Assembly: GCA_030697795.1 (NCBI GenBank)
Contig: JAUYOV010000004.1
Span: forward strand, 144,403 to 208,402
Direction: 5' to 3'
DNA: 64,000 bases
Source of the DNA: a bacterium
GTDB lineage: Bacteria > Patescibacteriota > Minisyncoccia > JACQLN01
Each line of letters opens with the position of its first letter. Position 1 is the first letter of the stretch. The notes under the pieces were generated by a model. That model had not been told where the DNA came from. It worked only from the letters and a program-made list of their open reading frames with translations, and did not search any database. Positions 1-10,289 of this stretch are shown in pieces. The translations under genes were made by a program, and so were the position numbers.

Positions 1-488
1 TTAATGTCGTTAACTCCACACAGAGTGGCTATCCTGCCTTTCTTTTTGTGATAACGTAAAGTATCAGCAATATTTATATCACCCACACCATCGCCGTAAG
101 TTAGAAAAAAATCTTCATTGTCTCCAATATAGTCTTTAATCAAAGCTACTCTCCCGCCTGTCTCGGTGTTTAAGCCAGTATCAACAAAAGTTATATTCCA
201 TTCGTCAATCAACCGTTTCTTATTGTGATGTATGACTTCTTTTACACCAGCTCCCAGTTTAAGTGTAAAGTTGTTAACCTTTTCATCAAAATTTAAAAAA
301 TAGTCCTTAATCATCTCGCCCTTATAGCCCAAGCACAATATAAAATCGCGGTAGCCATGACTAGCGTAAATTTTCATAATATGCCATAAAATAGGCATTT
401 CCCCTATGGTAATTAGGGGCTTAGGTTTATGTTCAGTTTCTTCACGCAGGCGCATACCTTTACCGCCGCATAAAATAACAACTTTCAT
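1..488 (-). CDS. rfbF: glucose-1-phosphate cytidylyltransferase (partial, C-terminus beyond window start)
   Basis: Minus-strand ATG at 488; N-terminus MKVVILCGGKGMRLREETEHKPKPLITIGEMPILWHIMKIYASHGYRDFILCLGYKGEMIKDYF matches the RfbF/DdhA nucleotidyltransferase pattern; no stop reached by position 1. Confidence 0.8.
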   Translation of the reverse strand, partial: MKVVILCGGKGMRLREETEHKPKPLITIGEMPILWHIMKIYASHGYRDFILCLGYKGEMIKDYFLNFDEKVNNFTLKLGAGVKEVIHHNKKRLIDEWNITFVDTGLNTETGGRVALIKDYIGDNEDFFLTYGDGVGDINIADTLRYHKKKGRIATLCGVNDI

Positions 489-533
489 ATTTTATTGATT
501 ATGACACATACCACTAAAGTATATTAATACAAC

Positions 534-2408
534 TCACTTAATCTTATAAAGTTCTACTAAGCTGTTTTTATAAACCAACTGCAGTTTTTGATCTTGATTT
601 AAATCCCTATCAATAAATTGCCTTTCCCAAGGACCATAGTAAACATAATTAGCATCCAGGTTTTCCCAGCTAACCTGCAATCCTCCGTATCGTTTAACCA
701 GTTCCTGTATCTTATATTCCGGTATTTGGTGTGGCCGCGACTTGACGCCATCAACAAAATAAAGACCGTAGAGAAAGGCAGGCGCACTTTTTATATTATT
801 GCCAATATAAGAGCGATCGCAGAACCCGCGGCACTCCAAACCTTGGCCATCTCGCAATCTTTTTTCCAAGGTAGCCGAATCAACGCCTAAAACCTTGTTT
901 GATTTCAAAAATAATTCTTCTAAGTCAAAGTTGGACAAAGAAATCATTCCTCCCCACGGCAAGTACGGTCGCGCCGAAGTAAAAGCCGGCAAGTAAATTG
1001 AACTTATAAACGACGGCGAAATTATTTTAGATTCATCATAATTAATATCCAGCCAACGCCACGAACTCACAATGCTTCCAGGCAAGGTGTAATCTTTAAA
1101 AATATTTTGCGGAGGCACAACAAACCCAAGGGCGTTCACAACCTTCTTTACTACCAAAAGAGCTGACATCAAAACAAGAACCATAGTAATCAGGATAGGC
1201 ATTGATTTACTTAAACCCGGTTGGAACCTTTTAATTCCAGTGTAAACAAGATCAAAAAACATTAAGAATGTTAAAGGACTTATGGCTCTGGGCCAATGAT
1301 CCGGATGAGGCACAAAACCAGTGACAATTTGAACATTCCAAACTAAAAAAGCGGACACCAAAAATACCCAATATAATATCGCCCGATCTCTAAGTTCACG
1401 TTTTCTCCAAAAAACCAGATAAACCAAAACTCCCAACAATAAATAGGCCACATAATTCGGCCAAACCGACCAATTGAAACTATGCCCCATCTCTAATTGC
1501 AGTCGCAGTATATGATCTGGCGCGCCCGGCCAACTACTATATTCAAAATAATTTACAAAATAGGGAATGCTTATTAAAATCATTGTGCCGATTAAAATAA
1601 CTAACCCCGTCAGGCGACGTTTATTTTGGCGTTCCCAAATAAGCGTATATAAAAAAACAAGGCCGATGACCACCACCCAATAAACCCACTTGTGAAAATA
1701 AGTGTAAAACAATAATCCGGAAAAAAGACCCGCTAATATAGCCGTGATAAACTTGGGTTTTTGCCAAAAAACAAAAAAGGTAATTATGGCCGGCAAATAA
1801 ATAAGATAGGTCATCAGCGGATATTCAATTCGGGCTAAAAATAAAGTCGGTAAAAAAGTTTTTATTCCCGGGTAAAAATTTTTAAGAACAATATTGGTAA
1901 AGTTATCAATACTAAAAAAAGCATAGGGCAAGTGGATGGCCATCGGCGTCAGCGTTCCCACTAACCCCATAAAAATAGACCACGCTTTATTTTTGTTAAA
2001 CACAACCCAACCTAAAAACAGGAACAACAAAAATAAAATAGAGCTGAATAAAAAATTGGCGACTATGTAGGCAATGTTAATATCCCTAAATAAGAAAATG
2101 ATGCTCGCCAAAAACAGCGATGACAAATAAGGAAAAATATTGGGCGTCCGATAGTCAAAAAATATATTTGATGGAGGAAAATGTCCGTCTACCACCTCTC
2201 GGGCAAACTGAAAATAGGCATCACCTCCATCGTGAAGATTAATAAACTGCGACAAAATAAAAGGCAGTTCCTGTTCTACTACTGCCTGCCTAATAAACAA
2301 TTGTGGCGTAGCATAAAGCCCGCCGACCGTAATTGCCAGAATAACGACCAAAATACTATATCTCATAAGCTTGATGGAACACCTATATATAACAACAAGG
2401 AAAAGCAC
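534..2408 (-). CDS. polytopic membrane protein, putative GT-C-fold glycosyltransferase/polymerase (YfhO/ArnT-like)
   Basis: 624 aa, more than 10 predicted hydrophobic helices then a soluble C-terminal domain; sits in the glycan locus. Confidence 0.4.
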   Translation of the reverse strand: MLFLVVIYRCSIKLMRYSILVVILAITVGGLYATPQLFIRQAVVEQELPFILSQFINLHDGGDAYFQFAREVVDGHFPPSNIFFDYRTPNIFPYLSSLFLASIIFLFRDINIAYIVANFLFSSILFLLFLFLGWVVFNKNKAWSIFMGLVGTLTPMAIHLPYAFFSIDNFTNIVLKNFYPGIKTFLPTLFLARIEYPLMTYLIYLPAIITFFVFWQKPKFITAILAGLFSGLLFYTYFHKWVYWVVVIGLVFLYTLIWERQNKRRLTGLVILIGTMILISIPYFVNYFEYSSWPGAPDHILRLQLEMGHSFNWSVWPNYVAYLLLGVLVYLVFWRKRELRDRAILYWVFLVSAFLVWNVQIVTGFVPHPDHWPRAISPLTFLMFFDLVYTGIKRFQPGLSKSMPILITMVLVLMSALLVVKKVVNALGFVVPPQNIFKDYTLPGSIVSSWRWLDINYDESKIISPSFISSIYLPAFTSARPYLPWGGMISLSNFDLEELFLKSNKVLGVDSATLEKRLRDGQGLECRGFCDRSYIGNNIKSAPAFLYGLYFVDGVKSRPHQIPEYKIQELVKRYGGLQVSWENLDANYVYYGPWERQFIDRDLNQDQKLQLVYKNSLVELYKIK

Positions 2409-2449
2409 CAGCGAGTTACTGGCGGAGCGTCATTGTATGTTTTTACAAG

Positions 2450-3817
2450 TTAAACCGCAACTATCTTTTCCAAAAAATCCACATTGCGCTTATAAGCCGA
2501 GCCATCTTGAGAAGCAAAAAAACTATTGGCGATTTTTTGACGACTAGCACTACCAATTTTTGGGTTAGCTAGGTAAGTATTTATAATTTTAATAAGTTCA
2601 TTATTATCTACCGCCACTGTTACCGCACCCTCTTTAACCAGCGGATAATAATAAGACCCTTCTTGGTAGTAATAATTATTTTGAAAAGGCGCTGTCGGAT
2701 CAATAAAATTAACCACAGGTTTATCAAAAATAAACGACTCCAAAGAAATAGTGGATTTATAATTAATGTTAATATCAGTGTGGGCCAATGTTGACTTTAA
2801 ATTAATGAAATCGGCTTGATCCATTTCAATTCTACTCTCTCCAGACTGAATTTTAACCTCTCGACCAGCTTTTTCAAGATAAAAATCAGGTTCATCTTGT
2901 ATGTCCCGATAACTTTCTCCACCGTTAAAGGGATGTAAACGGACTAGTACATTCACTGGTGGCAACTCACCAATCTGGCGTGCTTTCAAAATTGCCTGGA
3001 GTACTGTTAACTGATATGGGCAATTCCCCGAAGCAACTGTGGCAAATAAAATAGTTTTCTTATTGGGATCTAAATTTTTAGACAGTAAAAACTTATTGCG
3101 GTCAATAATGGGATGAGAATCGTCAAAATATTTATCAAACCGAGTGCTTCCGGTTATATAAACCCGTTGTGGAGAAAAGTAATGAACAGCCAGTGCTGCC
3201 TCTTGGATAATTTTATTCCAGACAAAAAGATAATCCGGTTTACGCACTCGTACCGCTTTAAAAGCTGTTAGATTATCCCAACTAAAATTAGTTGCTAAGG
3301 TAAGTATCTTGAATTTTTTTGCCAGAATGATTGCTTCGGCGTCAAAAACTTGAATCCCTGGGGTAGCGGTTATAACTAAAACTGGTTGATATTTTTTAAC
3401 ATAATCTTGAAAAAGACTAACATGGCAAGTAAAAATGGTTTCCAGTTTGGTAAAAAAATCTATGGTCAGTAATGGTGCCAACGGCCAGGACAGAAAACGA
3501 AGCAACCGAGCCCGCTTGTCTCTTCTAAATGGCCGGCTATTATAATATATCTTCATGCTCGGCAAACGATCCAGTTCATGCATGCAAGCCATCCTTAAAA
3601 ACTTAAAAATGGCAAACAACTTTGGGTTTTGAACCCGCCAGTTAACATATTCCACATTGGGCGAAGAAAAATATTCTCCCGCTTGCACACTTTCCAAACT
3701 GATAGTATTGCTAAAAATAACCACTCGGTATTTCTCCGAGAGGTATTTGATATAATTAGTTTTTAATAAATCCGAAATAAACAGACTATTTTTTAAAAAT
3801 AAAAAAACAGTTTTCAT
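2450..3817 (-). CDS. TagB/TagF-like CDP-alcohol phosphotransferase family protein (Glyphos_transf-like)
   Basis: 455 aa; VLVRLHP ... LAHTDININYKSTISLESFIFDKPVVNF resembles the K-HP / TDYSS / kP motif layout of teichoic-acid glycerophosphotransferases; paralogous to 13632-14963. Confidence 0.35.
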   Translation of the reverse strand: MKTVFLFLKNSLFISDLLKTNYIKYLSEKYRVVIFSNTISLESVQAGEYFSSPNVEYVNWRVQNPKLFAIFKFLRMACMHELDRLPSMKIYYNSRPFRRDKRARLLRFLSWPLAPLLTIDFFTKLETIFTCHVSLFQDYVKKYQPVLVITATPGIQVFDAEAIILAKKFKILTLATNFSWDNLTAFKAVRVRKPDYLFVWNKIIQEAALAVHYFSPQRVYITGSTRFDKYFDDSHPIIDRNKFLLSKNLDPNKKTILFATVASGNCPYQLTVLQAILKARQIGELPPVNVLVRLHPFNGGESYRDIQDEPDFYLEKAGREVKIQSGESRIEMDQADFINLKSTLAHTDININYKSTISLESFIFDKPVVNFIDPTAPFQNNYYYQEGSYYYPLVKEGAVTVAVDNNELIKIINTYLANPKIGSASRQKIANSFFASQDGSAYKRNVDFLEKIVAV

Positions 3818-3826
3818 TTTAATAAT

Positions 3827-4717
3827 TTATTTAACCACGCGGGCAACCAAAATACCAGTACCAAAAGTTACTTTTTGAGGGTAGTCCTTATAGAAAAAAA
3901 TAGGCTCAAGCCCAAATTTTTGGAATTCTTTATAGCTGGATCGGAAATAATCCACCCTGTTTAAATGTAGTCTACCCTTAAAACCATTGGCCTCCCGAAA
4001 AGGTTCAAGAAAAATACAATATTTTTTTGTTACTCTACATATTTCTTCTAAAGCCTTTGGGTAACTATGCGGCATTTGTTCCAACACCATAATCGTAAAA
4101 GTGGCATCAAAAGAGTTATCGGGAAAATCCATTTGTGTCGCATCACCATTAAAAAACTTTATCTGCTTCAAATTTTCCAGACTTTCCTTGCTAATTAAAT
4201 ACTTCTCTCCAAAAAAATCAGAAATCAGCTGTTTGGGAAAATTGGTAATAAGTTCCTGGCTTCTTTGGGTGCCCATACGCGACAGCTCCAACCCTGTTAA
4301 TTTCAGTTTTGGATTCTGAAAAGATAATAGAGTAATATTATCACCTCGCCCAGATCCGACCTCTAAAACTGATCTGCAATCCAATTGATCAAAAAGTTGT
4401 GAAACGATTTGCAAATAAATATTCTTACCAAACCACTTATTTGTTATCAATTCTTGATTCGCAAAGACACTTTTATAAGTGGCTGTGGTCATTTGCCTAA
4501 CCCACGCTTCGTTACCCAGACCCCAAATCTTTTCATACGTTTTTTTAACTAAATGCTGATTTCTGACTCCTCGACCGACGTTACCATAACGAACCAAGTT
4601 GGTGATTTCGCGAGCGCAATCTAAAAAGTATTGAGCCCAATAAGAAATTCCCCCCACAGGAATTGGGCTTTTTACTTGGCAGTGGCGCGGCAAAGAAAAA
4701 GAAATTTTTAAATTCAT
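3827..4717 (-). CDS. class I SAM-dependent methyltransferase
   Basis: LEVGSGRGDNITLL motif I; FDATFTIMVLEQMP post-I motif. Confidence 0.7.
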   Translation of the reverse strand: MNLKISFSLPRHCQVKSPIPVGGISYWAQYFLDCAREITNLVRYGNVGRGVRNQHLVKKTYEKIWGLGNEAWVRQMTTATYKSVFANQELITNKWFGKNIYLQIVSQLFDQLDCRSVLEVGSGRGDNITLLSFQNPKLKLTGLELSRMGTQRSQELITNFPKQLISDFFGEKYLISKESLENLKQIKFFNGDATQMDFPDNSFDATFTIMVLEQMPHSYPKALEEICRVTKKYCIFLEPFREANGFKGRLHLNRVDYFRSSYKEFQKFGLEPIFFYKDYPQKVTFGTGILVARVVK

Positions 4718-4724
4718 TTTAAAA

Positions 4725-5705
4725 TTAGTAATCAGAAACTGCTTTTTTAGATGGTTGATTTTTCAGTGCGTAGCGCGCCAACTCATGCTGAGTAACCAGC
4801 TGTCTGTCAAAATTCTCCGGATAACGATACATAACTGGCCAAAGAGATGCTTGAGAACTATAACAAGCCGTGAACATTACCCTTTCCTTTGTTGTCGCTA
4901 AGCCACCCTTATGTAAGCCGCTGGTGTCGCAAAAAACTAAAGTCCCAGCTTTGCCGGTAATTGTTTTGACGTTCTCTTTCGGTATTTTTCTCTCAACTGA
5001 TCCGGCCGGCGGATAAAAACCTTTGGGTGGACGCTGTGGAAAAATATTCCGCCAAGGACCTCCGTGTTGAGAACCAATTACATATGTAAATGGACCGGCT
5101 TGTTCGTCTACATCATTTAAATAAAGAAAAACCTTGCACATCTTTTTGTCTTCGGGATCCCGATGCCAACGTTGTGATTTAATAGCTTCAATACCTACTC
5201 CAACTGGAACAGTAACATTTAAAGTAAAAATACGGAATTTGGAAAAAAGCCCCAAATAACTGTTAACGATTTCTAAAATTCGCGAATCCAACGCCAGCGC
5301 CACAAATGGATTATCAAGATTAATTAATGGGAACATCTCCCATAGCTCCTTTAAAAAGGGCTTGCCCCTTCTTGATTGGGCTGTGGGCAATAGTTGCTTA
5401 AAATATTTTTCCAGTTGAAATAGAATTTCTTCTGGGAAAAGTTCGTTAATATGGACTATGGCCAGACCCTTATCTTTCAGGTCTTGAATAATTTTTTTTT
5501 GAACATTGGACAAAACTACAGTGGCATTATATTTTCTATACAAACGAACACTTTCGCGATTTAAAATAAAGTACCAAACCGGCCAAGATGTCCGGATAGC
5601 GTAATAGGGCCTAGTCACCAAAAAAACCAACAACTTTTTAAAACGTCCTAGAACTAATAAAGCACGATTAACTATTTTTAAAATATATCTTTTGTAAATA
5701 AACAT
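4725..5705 (-). CDS. Fe(II)/2-oxoglutarate dioxygenase, PhyH-like
   Basis: WHRDPED ... DEQAGPFTYVIGSQHGG (H-x-D ... H facial-triad layout typical of the phytanoyl-CoA dioxygenase family). Confidence 0.5.
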   Translation of the reverse strand: MFIYKRYILKIVNRALLVLGRFKKLLVFLVTRPYYAIRTSWPVWYFILNRESVRLYRKYNATVVLSNVQKKIIQDLKDKGLAIVHINELFPEEILFQLEKYFKQLLPTAQSRRGKPFLKELWEMFPLINLDNPFVALALDSRILEIVNSYLGLFSKFRIFTLNVTVPVGVGIEAIKSQRWHRDPEDKKMCKVFLYLNDVDEQAGPFTYVIGSQHGGPWRNIFPQRPPKGFYPPAGSVERKIPKENVKTITGKAGTLVFCDTSGLHKGGLATTKERVMFTACYSSQASLWPVMYRYPENFDRQLVTQHELARYALKNQPSKKAVSDY

Positions 5706-5711
5706 TGGCGT

Positions 5712-6890
5712 TTAGGCAACCCAAAGTTTTATATTATCCTCAAATTGCACTTCTATCGGTATTTTTGGTGAAGAAACAAACGGAATAGCTAACGGTTCAA
5801 CAAGAACACATCTTAATTTGGTAGATCTCCATTGGGACGAGAATGTGGACCATAACCATTTTTTAAATGACCCTCCTCGTACCATTTTTTCACACCTGTT
5901 TTGATAATCAGGCCAACTCCAATAATAACTAAGATTTTTGAGTCGTTTCTTTAACAATAAACCGCTTTTTAATTTCATAATAGCCTTATCGAAATAATTT
6001 CCGGTTTTTGTCTCGCTCTGAGGAAATTGACCTGTCTTTTTGGCAACTACATTAATATACTGATCCGTGGTTAAAGAATCATCAATAATTTGATACCCCG
6101 CATTATTAAGCAACATATTTAATGATTTTATCGTGAAAGAGTGAAGATGGGGCAAGTATAGTAAGGTGCCCATGGCTGCTTCCTGTGCAAAATTCGGCAC
6201 ACTTAAAATAATCAAATCTCCATTTTCCTGTAAACAGGAAATTTTTTCGAAAAAACTATCTGGTTGAGTGACATGCTCAAGTACATGCTGAGCAAGAAAC
6301 ATCCGCACTGGGGCAATATTCTTTAACTGATCTTGAACCAAACTACTTTCAAAATCCCCGAAGAGCACATTCATACCATAACCCTGTGAAGCAACCACAA
6401 CTTGAGCTCTTGAACTCTCTACACCTACTAAATTCCTAAAGCCCAATTCAGAAAGTTGTCTTAATGATTGGCCAACACCGCTACCAATTTCACACACCAC
6501 AACTTCTTTATATTCAGAAAATTTGTTAGCTAGCCTGATGGTTACATTCATCTTTAACATTAGTTGGCTCATTTCGACTTTTCTTTTAGCTTTATCTATT
6601 CTTTTCTCTAAATTTTTAAATGACTGATCGCCCCATTCTTCCGAATAAAAATTACTAATCCATGATTGAGTCGGCCTATCCATGTAAGCTACATGCCCAC
6701 AAAAATCACAACATCCGATTCTTAAAAAATTTTTATACTTGATACTGGTCAAAGCACAAACCGCTTTAAAGGCCAAACCACACGCGGGACAGTTTTGATA
6801 AAACTCCAACGGAATACTGGGGTTTATTTCCATAGGCCTAAATTTATTTAATTTTACAAACTCCTTTATTTTGAATCCCAATTTTTCCAT
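5712..6890 (-). CDS. SAM-dependent methyltransferase with N-terminal Cys4 zinc ribbon (sugar C-methyltransferase-like)
   Basis: CPACG...CCDFCGH zinc ribbon followed by VVCEIGSGVGQSL motif I; this architecture resembles TylC3/TcaB9-type sugar C-methyltransferases. Confidence 0.5.
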   Translation of the reverse strand: MEKLGFKIKEFVKLNKFRPMEINPSIPLEFYQNCPACGLAFKAVCALTSIKYKNFLRIGCCDFCGHVAYMDRPTQSWISNFYSEEWGDQSFKNLEKRIDKAKRKVEMSQLMLKMNVTIRLANKFSEYKEVVVCEIGSGVGQSLRQLSELGFRNLVGVESSRAQVVVASQGYGMNVLFGDFESSLVQDQLKNIAPVRMFLAQHVLEHVTQPDSFFEKISCLQENGDLIILSVPNFAQEAAMGTLLYLPHLHSFTIKSLNMLLNNAGYQIIDDSLTTDQYINVVAKKTGQFPQSETKTGNYFDKAIMKLKSGLLLKKRLKNLSYYWSWPDYQNRCEKMVRGGSFKKWLWSTFSSQWRSTKLRCVLVEPLAIPFVSSPKIPIEVQFEDNIKLWVA

Positions 6891-6908
6891 GGCAAAATTA
6901 TTAAAATT

Positions 6909-8129
6909 TTAAAAGAGTGAGGATACGCCCAAAAGTTCCGAAACCTTTTTATTAAACCTCCTAAATTCATCTCTCTGTTCTTCGAAAACATTTCTAAACC
7001 TATCTTTTAATTCTTTTTTGTTGGCCAAAGCATGCCGGGCTTTAATATAAACTTTATCTGCTAAATCAAGATCAAAAATATCGACTCCAATATCCTGCAA
7101 ACCGACATTATCTAGAAAATCCGACATACGTGTTTGAGAAATTAAAGGAATCATCGGCGTACCTAAACCAATAGACGGTGACATTGAATGAATTCTCATA
7201 CTAAGCGCCAGATCAGCTTTGGCATAGCGGCCATAGAAATACTCTGTCTGGGAAACACGCTGTAAACCAGTGGAGATGGTAACCTGATGGAGAATCCTGG
7301 GTTTCAAAAAGCCAATCAATTCGGTCATGGTTTTGTAGTCGTCAAAATAATGTGGTACAAGAATAAGATTTAGTTCTTGTTCAGCAACTAGTCTTTCAAT
7401 GGCTCGGGCTAATCGTTTCAAAAAAATCGTCTTTCGTCCTTGCCAATCTGGGACATTACGCCAGAACTTTAAAAGTCTATTTTCGGAAACATGGGAACCT
7501 AAAACCGACCAGAACAACTCTCGAGTTCTACCACCATAGCGATAAACTTCATCTTCATTATTGAGAGATAATAACACATTGGGCTTGTCCCGGACCAATT
7601 CAGGATATTCGTGATCGGTGGCTGTAACAAAAAGAGCTGGATCTGGAACCTCAATAATTCTATCTGATTGGTAACCAATCAGGGATTCCAGCCAGGGTTT
7701 ACAACCGTCATTGCGAACCGCGAATAAAACTTTAGGATTAGAGAGTAACCAAGCCATAGCCTTAATCAATTTGTCACGATGATGATAATATTGCTTGGGC
7801 CAAAATTTATAGGAAATACCGTAAAAAATTATGGGTTTTTTAATCTGTGTCAAAAGATTATAGGGCAGATCTAAACGAAAACCGGTATTAGGCAAATAAT
7901 GTCTGCCGTTAAAAGCCACGGCTCCACCCACCAATAATCCGTCAGCATTATTAACTTTATCAACAAAACTTTGGTCAAATTTTTTTATTTCAAAAGTATA
8001 ATCATCCCACGGTTCAGCTAAAAACTCTACGGGACCGAGGTCTTCAGTCAAAACTCGTTCGGTACCATAAATTAAAGCTCCATTACCAATATTGGTACTT
8101 TTGAAATTAGCGAGGTGAATTAGTTTCAT
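6909..8129 (-). CDS. polysaccharide pyruvyl transferase family protein
   Basis: N-terminal NIGNGALIYG and C-terminal SMRIHSMSPSIGLGTPMIPL match the CsaB/WcaK-type conserved blocks. Confidence 0.55.
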   Translation of the reverse strand: MKLIHLANFKSTNIGNGALIYGTERVLTEDLGPVEFLAEPWDDYTFEIKKFDQSFVDKVNNADGLLVGGAVAFNGRHYLPNTGFRLDLPYNLLTQIKKPIIFYGISYKFWPKQYYHHRDKLIKAMAWLLSNPKVLFAVRNDGCKPWLESLIGYQSDRIIEVPDPALFVTATDHEYPELVRDKPNVLLSLNNEDEVYRYGGRTRELFWSVLGSHVSENRLLKFWRNVPDWQGRKTIFLKRLARAIERLVAEQELNLILVPHYFDDYKTMTELIGFLKPRILHQVTISTGLQRVSQTEYFYGRYAKADLALSMRIHSMSPSIGLGTPMIPLISQTRMSDFLDNVGLQDIGVDIFDLDLADKVYIKARHALANKKELKDRFRNVFEEQRDEFRRFNKKVSELLGVSSLF

Positions 8130-8134
8130 CCTAT

Positions 8135-8884
8135 TTAATTAAGCTGGGGCAGATAACCCCTTTTTATCAAAAACTCAGCTAATTCCAAATCCATAGGCGT
8201 ATCAATGTCAATTGTTTTATTAGAGTCAACAACAATTCCTCGCAAATCTTTCCCCCAAACTCTTCCTTTTTTTATAAATTTGGTCCGGGTAATATCCACA
8301 TTACTATCCTGCAAGTAGGCCGGATCAAGCCATTGCCTCGGAACATCGGTAGTGTGTTTAGCAAAATATTTTGTTAATAAAATTGGCATTAGCTTGTTAG
8401 TGTTCTTTTTGAATTTCCACATTTTGTAGGGACTGTGCGATGGAATATGCACTGTCCGTACTGAATCACATTTTGTTTTTTCTATATATTCTATAGCTTG
8501 ATCAATATCTTTACTGGTTCTAAAAGGACTAGTGGGTTTTAACAAAACAATAAACTCCGGCTGCCAACCGCGATGTTTTTCTGCCCACTCCACAGCATGC
8601 TTTAAAAATTCAATATCGGTTGAATCAGCGCGAGCATACTTTTTGGGTCGTAAAAATGGGACATCGGCCCCAAATGATTTAGCTACTTCGGCAATTTTTA
8701 AATCATCTGTAGAAACTAAAAAAGCGTCTAACTTAGTAGCGTTTTGAGCTGCTTTAATGGTGTAATAAATCAAAGGCCGGCCGGCCAAAGGCGCGATGTT
8801 TTTATAAGGAATACCTTTAGAACCTCCGCGAGCCGGAATAATTCCTAATGTCCTTACATCTTTAATATTTTTACTCATTATCAT
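8135..8884 (-). CDS. neuA: acylneuraminate/ulosonate cytidylyltransferase (CMP-sugar synthetase, NeuA/KdsB family)
   Basis: GIIPARGGSKGIPYKN signature of the CTP_transf_3 family. Confidence 0.8.
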   Translation of the reverse strand: MIMSKNIKDVRTLGIIPARGGSKGIPYKNIAPLAGRPLIYYTIKAAQNATKLDAFLVSTDDLKIAEVAKSFGADVPFLRPKKYARADSTDIEFLKHAVEWAEKHRGWQPEFIVLLKPTSPFRTSKDIDQAIEYIEKTKCDSVRTVHIPSHSPYKMWKFKKNTNKLMPILLTKYFAKHTTDVPRQWLDPAYLQDSNVDITRTKFIKKGRVWGKDLRGIVVDSNKTIDIDTPMDLELAEFLIKRGYLPQLN

Positions 8885-8904
8885 TATATACTAATATTTA
8901 AATT

Positions 8905-8978
8905 TTGGGGTTTATTTGTCAATCAAGCTGAGCTTGGTCAACCGAGCTTAGCTCGGTCAATAAAAACTATCTTTATTT
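8905..8978. repeat. two tandem short palindromic hairpins (caagctGagcttg; ccgagcTTAgctcgg), each preceded by (t/g)gtcaa
   Basis: Perfect palindromes read directly, between the SDR stop and the neuA start. Confidence 0.4.
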
Positions 8979-8979
8979 T

Positions 8980-9735
8980 TTACCAAGCTGTTCGTCCACC
9001 ATCCACAATCAAACAAGCACCTGTCATATATGAAGATGCATCCGATGCCAAAAAAACAATCGGACCGTTATATTCTCCTACCTTAGACATTCTGTTTAAC
9101 ATATTAAGTTCAGAATTTCGACGAACAAAATCCTCTGGCTGGTTTCTATACATGCCACCTGGCACAAAAGCGTTAACTCTTATATTATACGAACCTAAAT
9201 AAGCCGCCCAAGACCGCATCAGGCCTAATACGCCCGCCTTGGAAGTAATGTAGGCAATATCTTTAAACTTCCCAGCATCATAGATACGATTTTGGGGGCC
9301 AATAATGGCCAAGTCCGAAGCTATAAAAATAATTGAGCCAAACTTCTGTTGGATCATATGGCACACCACCGCTTGAGTAGGTAACATTTGACCCTTCAGA
9401 TTTATATCAATTTCCCGGCTCCACAATTTAGATGAGAACACTTCATAAGGAGCCCAACTATTTTCATTTTTACCACTGCCAACCTGCGTGTTAAAAGCAG
9501 CATTATTTATTAACACATCAATACGCCCAAATTTTTTTACAACCGCCTTGGTTGCTTTATTAACACTGGTAAAATCCATAACATCAACCTTTGTTCCCAG
9601 ATCCCAATTAACAACTGTGGCACCACGTCCCCTTAGAAACTCGCAATACTGCTTCCCCAAAAAACCACTGCCTCCAGTTATTATAATGACCTTACCTTCT
9701 ACCGAAAAAATATCTTTCATAAAAATATAACCCAA
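8980..9735 (-). CDS. SDR-family NAD(P)-dependent oxidoreductase
   Basis: ITGGSGFLGKQ Rossmann motif; NNAA; 251 aa. Confidence 0.7.
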   Translation of the reverse strand: MGYIFMKDIFSVEGKVIIITGGSGFLGKQYCEFLRGRGATVVNWDLGTKVDVMDFTSVNKATKAVVKKFGRIDVLINNAAFNTQVGSGKNENSWAPYEVFSSKLWSREIDINLKGQMLPTQAVVCHMIQQKFGSIIFIASDLAIIGPQNRIYDAGKFKDIAYITSKAGVLGLMRSWAAYLGSYNIRVNAFVPGGMYRNQPEDFVRRNSELNMLNRMSKVGEYNGPIVFLASDASSYMTGACLIVDGGRTAW

Positions 9736-9788
9736 TAAAAAGCCAAGAGGTTTTTGCTCTTGGCTATTAATCTACGTCTAATAGCTTT

Positions 9789-10283
9789 TTACTTTTCCAT
9801 CGCTTCTAAAATCAAGTCACAAACTTCTCTGACGGCATGATCCCCACCCTTGCGGCTGGTTACATAATCGGCAATCGCCATACATTCGACATGACCATCA
9901 GCCACAGTAAAAGCTAAACCCGCAAATTTGAGACATTCCATGTCATTGATATCATCACCCATAAAAGCTATTTCTACTATAGACAGATTTCGAGCCTGTA
10001 GTAATTGCTTAAATGCGATCAACTTTTCATCCACACCCTGCAAGCAATCAACCTTCATTTTTTCACAACGTTTAGTCACCACAGGATTTTTTTCTTTGGA
10101 TATGACCACGAGATCAACCCCGTGCTTTCTCAACTCTGGAAACCGCAACGTATCTTTGCGGCTACAAATCACGCTTTCATTACCGTGTTGATCTACAATA
10201 ACCTTGCCATCGGTAAAAATACCATCAAAATCAAAAGCAATCAATTTCAACTGCCTCAATCGTTTTGACAGATCTGAACCCAT
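9789..10283 (-). CDS. kdsC: HAD-IIIA phosphatase, KdsC family (ulosonate-phosphate phosphatase)
   Basis: LIAFDFDGIFTDGKVIV ... GDDINDMECL; 164 aa, typical KdsC size. Confidence 0.75.
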   Translation of the reverse strand: MGSDLSKRLRQLKLIAFDFDGIFTDGKVIVDQHGNESVICSRKDTLRFPELRKHGVDLVVISKEKNPVVTKRCEKMKVDCLQGVDEKLIAFKQLLQARNLSIVEIAFMGDDINDMECLKFAGLAFTVADGHVECMAIADYVTSRKGGDHAVREVCDLILEAMEK

Positions 10284-10289
10284 AATATT

